Part shown: in pieces, positions 57,142 to 64,000 of the stretch | How the letters are laid out: each line of letters starts with the position of its first letter | Numbering within the stretch: position 1 is the stretch's first letter | Assembly (NCBI GenBank): GCA_000634735.1 | Contig: JFLG01000084.1 | Coordinates: forward strand, 4,946 to 68,945 | From: Prochlorococcus sp. scB241_528N17 | GTDB lineage: Bacteria; Cyanobacteriota; Cyanobacteriia; PCC-6307; Cyanobiaceae | Reading direction: 5' to 3' | DNA length: 64,000 bases | The notes under the pieces: generated by a model | Databases searched by the model: none | What the model was told of the DNA's origin: nothing | The model's input: only the letters and a program-made list of their open reading frames with translations | Translations under genes and position numbers: made by a program

Positions 57142-58242
57142 TTAATTTTTGAATAAACTCCTAACGCATATATCGTCACCAATCAAACTAAGCTGAGATT
57201 CGCTTAATTTAATAATTTCATGCATTTCTCCAAACTCAAAATCCCCAAGAGGATTCATACTATTTTCTCCGCCTAAAATTTTTGGAGCAATAAAAGTTAT
57301 AATTTCCTGAATACAATTAGATTTAATAGCGGAAGTAGCCAATCGAGGGCCACATTCCCACAAAACACTATTACATCCCCTTTTAGCAAGTATTTTTGAA
57401 ATCAACGCTGGATTATCTGATGATACCTTTCTAACCTCCACACATTTCGGAATCCTTGAGAGGTGGCTTTCATTTGCTGTAGAAGAATCATAAATAACTA
57501 ATGTTTTTGCCTTATTACAATCCCAAAGATTAGATTTTGTTGGCAGGTCTAAACTTTTTGTAAACACAACCCGCAAAGGCTCAGGATTTTTTAAACCTCT
57601 AGTAGTTAAAAAGGGATTATCTCTTCTTAATGTGTTACCACCAATAATTATTGCATCAAATTCTGCTCTAAAAGAATGTACTAATGCCCTTGATTTTTCA
57701 TTAGTAATCCATTTACTTTTTCCATTTTTTAAAGCTATTCTTCCATCAATACTCATTGCCCATTTAAAAACACCAAATGCCTTTTTAGTAATATTCCTAT
57801 GAATGAAAGCCTTATTTAAATCTAAGGATTCCTTTTTACATAATCCTAAGTAAACTTGTATTCCAGCTTCTTCTAGCATCTTAATACCTTTACCAGCGAC
57901 TCTTACATCAGGGTCTTCAATAGATATGAAAGCCCTTTTTATCCCAGAGGATATAACCTTATCTACACATGGAGGTGTTCTACCCTGGTGGCAACAAGGT
58001 TCAAGATTTACATAAATTGACCCACCTTTAGCATCTTTTTTTAAATTATTAAAAGCCATTGCCTCTGCATGAGGCATCCCTGCCTTGAAATGAAACCCTT
58101 CTGAAATAAGCTTTCCATTCTTATCAAGTATCACTGCTCCCACCCTTGGGTTTGGACTCGTTGTATTTTTGCCTAAAGAAGCCAAAAAAATTGCTCTTTT
58201 CATCCATTTTGTATGGCTTACATTTTTTTCATTCATCTCCAA
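57142..58242 (-). CDS. ribD: Bifunctional riboflavin biosynthesis deaminase/reductase
   Basis: 366 aa. Motifs HAEAMA and LEPCCHQGRTPPC (CMP/dCMP deaminase zinc site), with a C-terminal RibD reductase domain. The exact start among the N-terminal Met codons is uncertain. Confidence 0.92.
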   Translation of the reverse strand: MEMNEKNVSHTKWMKRAIFLASLGKNTTSPNPRVGAVILDKNGKLISEGFHFKAGMPHAEAMAFNNLKKDAKGGSIYVNLEPCCHQGRTPPCVDKVISSGIKRAFISIEDPDVRVAGKGIKMLEEAGIQVYLGLCKKESLDLNKAFIHRNITKKAFGVFKWAMSIDGRIALKNGKSKWITNEKSRALVHSFRAEFDAIIIGGNTLRRDNPFLTTRGLKNPEPLRVVFTKSLDLPTKSNLWDCNKAKTLVIYDSSTANESHLSRIPKCVEVRKVSSDNPALISKILAKRGCNSVLWECGPRLATSAIKSNCIQEIITFIAPKILGGENSMNPLGDFEFGEMHEIIKLSESQLSLIGDDICVRSLFKN

Positions 58243-58251
58243 AAATTAAAT

Positions 58252-58752
58252 TCAGTTTAGTGATCTCCACTCTTTAACGACAAAAGGAGGAACAGGTAAC
58301 TCAGAAAAAACTCCTGACAAAGATAATCTTAATGGTCTATTTTTATCTAAATTTTTAATCAATTCATCAAGATCGAATTCTGCTGCAGCTTGTCTTCCAT
58401 CATTTGCTAATTCAATATTAAGTAATGTTTTATCATCTAAAATCCACTGTTTTCTCCCTGATTCGACCCTCAAGTCAGTTGGATGATCAATCCTAAGATT
58501 TCCTGGATATCCTATTACTCTTAAGATCAATTTATCTTCAAAAAGAGGTGATTTATAGGCTACTAATTGCCAAGTTTCAAAGTCCAAATCTCTTAAAAAC
58601 TCACTGCTGGCACTCATAAATTCCCCATTTATTTCTGTTTCTGCAACTTCTGCGGATACTTTAAATGGGTTAAGAATAAAGGATAGTAGTAAAAGTAAAG
58701 GTAATATTTTTTTTAAAAAAATATTTTTATTTGATTTTGTAATTTTCTTCAT
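58252..58752 (-). CDS. Conserved hypothetical protein with signal-peptide-like N-terminus
   Basis: 166 aa. A hydrophobic N-terminal segment (LLLLLSFILNPFKVSA) is followed by a soluble domain. I am not confident of any family. Confidence 0.5.
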   Translation of the reverse strand: MKKITKSNKNIFLKKILPLLLLLSFILNPFKVSAEVAETEINGEFMSASSEFLRDLDFETWQLVAYKSPLFEDKLILRVIGYPGNLRIDHPTDLRVESGRKQWILDDKTLLNIELANDGRQAAAEFDLDELIKNLDKNRPLRLSLSGVFSELPVPPFVVKEWRSLN

Positions 58753-59032
58753 TTTCAGAATCCATCAGGGCATCAAGAGTAACAGCTGTTCTTACAATAG
58801 CTTGATATCTTTTGATTATTTTACGATTTTTTTCTATAACTCGAGATAAATTCAAAGTGTCTTTTTCGGAATAGCTAGATGTTAAATCGTTAGAATCTTC
58901 TTCAATAAACTCAAATTCACTATCTTTATTTATTAGAGTTAATAATAAATCATGTAATCTCTTTCTTCTTTCAGACAATTGATTTATTATGAAAGCTCGA
59001 ACAATCATAAGATAATTTAATAAAACATTCAA
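58727..59032 (-). CDS. Hypothetical small acidic protein
   Basis: 101 aa ORF. It overlaps the downstream gene by 26 nt in another frame and is co-directional with ribD. No motif recognised. Confidence 0.35.
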   Translation of the reverse strand: MNVLLNYLMIVRAFIINQLSERRKRLHDLLLTLINKDSEFEFIEEDSNDLTSSYSEKDTLNLSRVIEKNRKIIKRYQAIVRTAVTLDALMDSENEENYKIK

Positions 59033-59061
59033 ATAGATAAGTTTCTTTTAATTAAATATTC

Positions 59062-60333
59062 ATGACTGAAAAAAAAAGAAAAATTCATGTAGTAGGAATT
59101 AATTCTTATAAATTTGAGGATCTATCTTTCAAATTACAAAATCTATTTCAAGAGACAGTTTCTATTGCAGTTCCAAATTCATATTTTGAAGAAATAAAAT
59201 CATGGAGCGAAAATGGTTTAGAAAAAAAGAAATTATTTTTTTCGAGCAACAGTAATAAGGAACTTGTAAACTGGCTTAGATCACAAAAAACTGATGTTAT
59301 TTTAATTTCGAGAGGTGATCCACTTTGGTTTGGCATTGGGAGAATACTACTAGAAAATTTTTCAAAAGATGAATTAAGTTTCTACCCTTCAAATACTTGC
59401 ATTCAATTAGCATTTAGTAAGTTAAAGATCCCATGGCAAGATACTGTTAATTTAAGTATTCACGGCAGAGATTCGACTAAGTTAATTGAGGCTCTTAAAG
59501 CAAGACCTTCAAATTTAGCTGTCATTACAGATTCAAATAAAAGTCTAGAAATAATCAAAAAAAACTTATCAGAATTTGATCTGATTGACATCTATGATTG
59601 TTGGCTCTGTGAAGAAATAGGCTTCGAAAATGAAAAAATCAGGAAATTAAATCTTAAAGAGTCATTGCCCTCAGATATATCAAATTTGAATATTGCTATT
59701 CTTTCAAAAAAAAAGGAAAATTATTCGAACAACAATCTTCCTCTATTTGGAATCAATGACAATGTTTTTAAGACTTTTGATGATAGACCAAATTTATTAA
59801 CCAAGAGGGAAGTTCGCATTCAAATATTAGCTGCTTTAGAGCTCCCAAGGAGCGGTGTCATTTGGGATATAGGAGCAGGTTGTGGGTCAATTGGTTTAGA
59901 GGCACTAAAGTTAAGGCCTAATTTGGATTTGTTTTGTTTCGATAAAAGGTTTGGCTCAAAAGAATTAATAATAGAAAACTCAAAAAGGCTTGACGTCAAA
60001 CCAAAATTTATTTTTGAGGAAGACATAAACTATACCTTGAATACGAGAAATTTAAGTTCTTTTGAAAACCCTAATAGATTAATAATTGGAGGATGTGATA
60101 AAAAAACTAAACTCCAGATTATTAATAAACTTGCGCAAGATATGGATATTGGAGACATTATCGTTATCCCAATAATTAATATTCAAACTATTAAAGAATT
60201 GCAAGAGAAATTAGAAGATAAAAATTTCAAAACAAATTTAAATTTAATTCAGACCTATAAAAGCTTAAGTATTACTGAGGGAATTAGACTAGAACCAAAT
60301 AATCCTGTTTTTCTATTAAAAGGGAAAAAATAA
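59062..60333 (+). CDS. cobL: Precorrin-6Y C5,15-methyltransferase (decarboxylating), fused CbiE/CbiT
   Basis: 423 aa. N-terminal tetrapyrrole methylase-like half (VVGINS, SRGDPLWFGIG) and C-terminal LTKREVRIQILAALELPRSGVIWDIGAGCGSIGLEA, the CbiT SAM motif. Confidence 0.85.
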   Translation: MTEKKRKIHVVGINSYKFEDLSFKLQNLFQETVSIAVPNSYFEEIKSWSENGLEKKKLFFSSNSNKELVNWLRSQKTDVILISRGDPLWFGIGRILLENFSKDELSFYPSNTCIQLAFSKLKIPWQDTVNLSIHGRDSTKLIEALKARPSNLAVITDSNKSLEIIKKNLSEFDLIDIYDCWLCEEIGFENEKIRKLNLKESLPSDISNLNIAILSKKKENYSNNNLPLFGINDNVFKTFDDRPNLLTKREVRIQILAALELPRSGVIWDIGAGCGSIGLEALKLRPNLDLFCFDKRFGSKELIIENSKRLDVKPKFIFEEDINYTLNTRNLSSFENPNRLIIGGCDKKTKLQIINKLAQDMDIGDIIVIPIINIQTIKELQEKLEDKNFKTNLNLIQTYKSLSITEGIRLEPNNPVFLLKGKK

Positions 60334-60346
60334 ATTCAAATAATTG

Positions 60347-61255
60347 TTATTTATCAGGTTTAGCAACATGGGGTAAACCCCAACCAAGTTTATTTCTTAA
60401 AACTTGGAAAAATTCGTGATCTTCAAGTCTAATAAATTTTACTGAGTGTTTACTTTTTCTTATTAAAACCCTATCTTCAGGCCAAACATAACAACCAGCA
60501 TTTCCATCAACAACCATTACTAATCTTTCAGGAGTTGCAGGAAAAACAGTTACTGGCTCTGAATCATTAAAAACCAATGCCCTAGATGCCAATGAATGTG
60601 GAGCAATTGGAGTTAATTGCACGACTGGACAATCAGGTGTGATAACTGGTCCTCCAGCACTTAGAGAATAGGCGGTAGAACCAGTTGGTGTAGATAAAAT
60701 TACTCCATCAGCTGAAATATCCACAGGAGCATGTCGGCCTATAGAAATTTCAAAGTGACACATACTTGTTAGAGGTTCTCTATGAAGAGCCATCTCATTA
60801 AGGCAAAGAGACTCCCATCTCCTCTGATCATTCCTCATTACGCTAATGATGAAGCAAGTTCTTTCTTCAATATCCCAATTTCCAGCAATTATTTTATCTA
60901 TTGCCTCATCTAGGTTAGATAAGTAAGCTTCCGCAAGAAATCCTAAATGACCAGTATTTATTGTAAGAATTGGAATTTTAGCAGGTGCCGTTTGCCTTGC
61001 AGCAGAAAGTACAGTCCCATCTCCGCCAAGAACAATTGCAAATTCCATTGATGAATCAAACCCCTCAGGGACACAATTCGTATATCCCAAAGGACGTACA
61101 TGTTGATCAGGATTTGCGAAACCAACCATTCCTCCAGAGCTACTAACTCTTACAACTTCAAAATTAGATTTTTCCAATTTTTTTTGAACAGAAGTTGCAG
61201 TTTGAACAGCTAGTTCCTTTCCATCATTAACGATTAGTCCTGCTTTACGTACCAA
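60347..61255 (-). CDS. nadK: NAD kinase
   Basis: 302 aa. Motifs [24 protein letters not shown] and [16 protein letters not shown] are NadK/PpnK hallmarks. Confidence 0.9.
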   Translation of the reverse strand: MVRKAGLIVNDGKELAVQTATSVQKKLEKSNFEVVRVSSSGGMVGFANPDQHVRPLGYTNCVPEGFDSSMEFAIVLGGDGTVLSAARQTAPAKIPILTINTGHLGFLAEAYLSNLDEAIDKIIAGNWDIEERTCFIISVMRNDQRRWESLCLNEMALHREPLTSMCHFEISIGRHAPVDISADGVILSTPTGSTAYSLSAGGPVITPDCPVVQLTPIAPHSLASRALVFNDSEPVTVFPATPERLVMVVDGNAGCYVWPEDRVLIRKSKHSVKFIRLEDHEFFQVLRNKLGWGLPHVAKPDK

Positions 61256-61325
61256 TCAAAAAATTAAAACTAGGACTATCTTAAACTAATTTGTTGGACA
61301 ATCCTAATTTAAAAATTAAATACTA

Positions 61326-62333
61326 TTAGAACTGTTCTAAGAATCTAATATCATTTGTATAAAATTTTCTGATGTCGTCGATTTGATGTCTCACCATACA
61401 AAATCTCTCAACTCCTAATCCTGCTGCAAAACCAGTCCATTTCTCAGAATCAATTCCTAATTTTTCTAAGACCTTTGGATCAACCATTCCGCAACCCATT
61501 ACTTCTAACCATTTACCTTTCCACTGGACGTCTACTTCTGCTGAAGGTTCAGTAAATGGGAAATAACTAGCTCTAAATCTTACAGGAATATCTCCAAAAA
61601 AGGCCTTTAAAAATGTAAGAACTGTTCCTCTTAAATGACTAAAATTAATATCTTGATCAATACATAAAACCTCAACCTGATTAAATACAGGGGAATGAGT
61701 AGCATCTACTGCATCTCTCCTATATACTCTCCCGGGAGCAATAATTCTTACTGGAGGAGGATTCTTCTCTAAGTACCTTATCTGAACAGGAGAAGTATGG
61801 GTCCTTAAAAGTCGATTTTCATCTAAGTAAAAAGTATCCTGCATATCTCTTGCAGGATGATTTTTGGGTATGTTGAGAGACTCAAAATTATAGAAATCAG
61901 TTTCTATTTCAGGGCCACTTTCAACCGAGTATCCTAAACCACAAAATATATCTATTATTTCGTCTTGAGTTGAAATCAAAGGATGTTTATTCCCAGGGGG
62001 TGTTCCAATTGAAGGGATAGTGACATCAATTTTTTCTTTTTTAATCTTTTTATCTAAGGCTTCGCTGTTTAGTTTATTTTTTCTTTCAGTTATTAGTTCT
62101 TGCAAATTTATCTTTATTAAATTTGCCTTCTGGCCAATAATTGGTCTATCTGTAGCAGATAATTGACCCATTGTTTTCAAAATAATTGATAAATCACCTT
62201 TTTTCCCTAGCAAGGAAACTCTCAGTTGGTCCAGTTCTTCATGAGTATTAGAATTATATATATTATTTTTTGCTGTTAGAGAAAGATTATTTAGTTTTTC
62301 CTCAATTTGACTTAATGGTTTAATTTGACTCAC
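61326..62333 (-). CDS. pheS: Phenylalanine--tRNA ligase alpha subunit
   Basis: 335 aa. Motifs [41 protein letters not shown] and [10 protein letters not shown] are class II motifs 1-3. Confidence 0.95.
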   Translation of the reverse strand: MSQIKPLSQIEEKLNNLSLTAKNNIYNSNTHEELDQLRVSLLGKKGDLSIILKTMGQLSATDRPIIGQKANLIKINLQELITERKNKLNSEALDKKIKKEKIDVTIPSIGTPPGNKHPLISTQDEIIDIFCGLGYSVESGPEIETDFYNFESLNIPKNHPARDMQDTFYLDENRLLRTHTSPVQIRYLEKNPPPVRIIAPGRVYRRDAVDATHSPVFNQVEVLCIDQDINFSHLRGTVLTFLKAFFGDIPVRFRASYFPFTEPSAEVDVQWKGKWLEVMGCGMVDPKVLEKLGIDSEKWTGFAAGLGVERFCMVRHQIDDIRKFYTNDIRFLEQF

Positions 62334-62401
62334 TGATATAGTAAAAATAAGTATTGCTTTATCTTACTTAAATATCGTCCATAAATAAAATGTCTTGATT
62401 A

Positions 62402-63211
62402 ATGAAACCGTTAAATATCTTAATAAGCAATGATGATGGTGTTTTCGCGGCAGGGATAAGAGCTTTAGCAAAATCAGCCCAAAAAAGAGGACATAAGGTA
62501 AAAGTAGTATGTCCTGACCAAGAAAGATCAGCTACTGGTCATGGTCTTACTTTGCAATCCCCATTAAGAGTGGAAAAAGCTGACGAATTATTTGGAGAGG
62601 GTATAGAAGCTTGGGGATGTTCCGGCACACCTGCTGATTGTGTCAAATTAGCACTATCTGAACTCTTGGATCATAAACCTGATCTGGTACTATCCGGAAT
62701 AAATCACGGACCCAATTTAGGGACAGATATTTTTTGTTCAGGCACAGTGGCTGCAGCTATGGAAGGCACTTTAGAAAATGTTCCTTCCATGGCAATAAGT
62801 GTTGCTAGTTTTAAATGGAAAAATTTTGAATTTGCTGGAGAAATTGCAATGAATATTGCCGAACAAGCAATTAACGATAGTTGGCCAGCTTCACTTTTAT
62901 TAAATTTGAACATACCCCCTTGCGAAAAAAACAAGATAAAAGAATTATCCTGGACAAGATTATCGATAAGAAAATATAAAAATCAATTTTCCAAAAGGGA
63001 AGACCCGAGGGGTGATGATTATTATTGGTTAGCAGGAGAAGTTGTTTTAGATCTTAAATCAAAAGGTTACGGTCCTAAGAATTGGCCTAGCGATGTATCT
63101 CAAATACAAGAAAATAAAATATCTCTTACGCCTGTAGAACCAGATTTATTTTGGAGAGGTAATTTAGATGACTTACCTAAAATTAATAATTCATTTGTAA
63201 ATCCTTCTTAA
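62402..63211 (+). CDS. surE: 5'/3'-nucleotidase SurE
   Basis: 269 aa. Motifs [23 protein letters not shown] and [10 protein letters not shown]. Confidence 0.92.
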   Translation: MKPLNILISNDDGVFAAGIRALAKSAQKRGHKVKVVCPDQERSATGHGLTLQSPLRVEKADELFGEGIEAWGCSGTPADCVKLALSELLDHKPDLVLSGINHGPNLGTDIFCSGTVAAAMEGTLENVPSMAISVASFKWKNFEFAGEIAMNIAEQAINDSWPASLLLNLNIPPCEKNKIKELSWTRLSIRKYKNQFSKREDPRGDDYYWLAGEVVLDLKSKGYGPKNWPSDVSQIQENKISLTPVEPDLFWRGNLDDLPKINNSFVNPS

Positions 63212-63724
63212 AAGCCATAAAGAAAAGCAAAGTCCAAAAAAATGAGCAGCGATAACTTGCGTGTTACTGAGAACTGATAATATTTCAAGACCAGTAATTG
63301 GGATATCAGATGTCGCTGTTATCAATTGTCCAGTTGTTTGAGAGGATGCTTGTATGAATAAGGCTCCCATAAGAGCTTGATATCCAATTAATCCAAACAA
63401 AATTCCAAATAAATCAACTATTAGTCCTCGTTTTATCAATTTACCGGTTTGCCCTCTTGAGGGTCTTGCGTTGCTTGCAATAGCTCTTCCTGTTCTAACT
63501 ATTAACCAACCTTGCCAAAGACTAAAAAGTAGTAAAATCAGAGATATTGTTGTAAGTGATAGACCTGGCGCCAAGCCAAGCTGTCCTTCGCTGTTATTTA
63601 CAACATTTGAAAAAAGCAAAACAGCTGAAACAACAACACCTAAAATGGATTGAACCCAAAAGCGTATCCATCCAATGCGTCGCATTCCAAATGAAAGGGA
63701 CTGAAAATCCATTTTGTCAGACAT
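63191..63724 (-). CDS. Conserved hypothetical membrane protein (cyanobacterial type)
   Basis: 177 aa with four predicted TM helices. Its 3' end overlaps the surE 3' end convergently by 21 nt. Family assignment is uncertain. Confidence 0.5.
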   Translation of the reverse strand: MSDKMDFQSLSFGMRRIGWIRFWVQSILGVVVSAVLLFSNVVNNSEGQLGLAPGLSLTTISLILLLFSLWQGWLIVRTGRAIASNARPSRGQTGKLIKRGLIVDLFGILFGLIGYQALMGALFIQASSQTTGQLITATSDIPITGLEILSVLSNTQVIAAHFFGLCFSLWLLRRIYK

Positions 63725-63792
63725 TCATTTGATTGAATAAACTGTAAGTAATCCAAATTTGCCACTAAAATCATAAAATTGCACGTAATCTT

Positions 63793-64000
63793 TTGATCTC
63801 TTTAATATCACCATCTGAAGTTAAGAATCCCACCTCAATAGCTATTGGAAGTTTTGATGGCCTTCATGCTGGCCACAGACAATTAATAAAAAGTGTAGTT
63901 GAAGAAAATCAATATACACCAACAATTGCAAGCTTCTGGCCTCATCCCCGAGAAGTTCTTTACAAAGAGATGCGTCTTAGACTTGATCTCCCTTATGAAA
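63793..64000 (+). CDS. ribF: Riboflavin kinase/FAD synthetase, N-terminal part (runs off window)
   Basis: Not in the ORF track because it is open-ended. The frame from 63793 (TTG) reads LISLISPSEVKNPTSIAIGSFDGLHAGHRQLIKSVV...ASFWPHPREVL. GSFDGLHAGH is the RibF nucleotidyltransferase motif. The start codon is uncertain. Confidence 0.7.
   Translation, partial: MISLISPSEVKNPTSIAIGSFDGLHAGHRQLIKSVVEENQYTPTIASFWPHPREVLYKEMRLRLDLPYE

Noticed and set aside
1-64000. Search for CRISPR arrays, transposases, integrases, toxin-antitoxin or known defence-system genes
   Set aside because: I saw no regularly spaced direct repeats. None of the listed translations shows transposase DDE, tyrosine or serine recombinase, Cas, restriction-modification or abortive-infection motifs. 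The only mobility signature is the tRNA-Ala partial duplication reported above.

Overview
The window is very AT-rich with tightly packed genes. Gene content and order suggest a high-light-adapted Prochlorococcus marinus-type picocyanobacterium; this is inferred from the protein sequences and the synteny lexA-argF-ftsH-ribD-cobL-nadK-pheS-surE-ribF, not from a database search. About 1-53000 is one large cell-surface glycan (LPS, O-antigen or capsule-like) accessory island. It holds at least 12 glycosyltransferase-like ORFs and two different initiating phosphoglycosyl transferases, one WecA/MraY-type and one WbaP/PglC-type. It also holds two MsbA/PglK-like fused ABC exporters, a Wzy/O-antigen-ligase-like protein and a Wzz-like co-polymerase. 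Nucleotide-sugar pathways present: dTDP-rhamnose (rfbCDB), GDP-mannose to GDP-fucose (manC, gmd, fcl), galE, a UDP-uronate epimerase, a CapD/PglF-type dehydratase and a full WbpA/B/E/D/I-like UDP-ManNAc3NAcA set. There is also a NeuB/NeuA-like ulosonic-acid cassette, three methyltransferases of different families and an AsnB-like amidotransferase. The most unusual part is a minus-strand module at 14055-19779: a UbiA-type prenyl-phosphate transferase, a HAD phosphatase, a GtrA-like protein and two polytopic GT-C-like proteins, with a GtrB-like gene nearby. It resembles a lipid-phosphate-sugar donor system for glycosylation outside the membrane. tRNA-Ala(GGC) lies at 51230-51302, and a degenerate direct copy of its 3' half lies at 49695-44. 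Together they bracket a single FkbM methyltransferase cassette, which looks like an integration scar. From about 53538 to the end the window is ordinary core genome. I saw no rRNA, CRISPR array, transposase or integrase. All functional calls come from motif recognition in the supplied translations, with no searches run.
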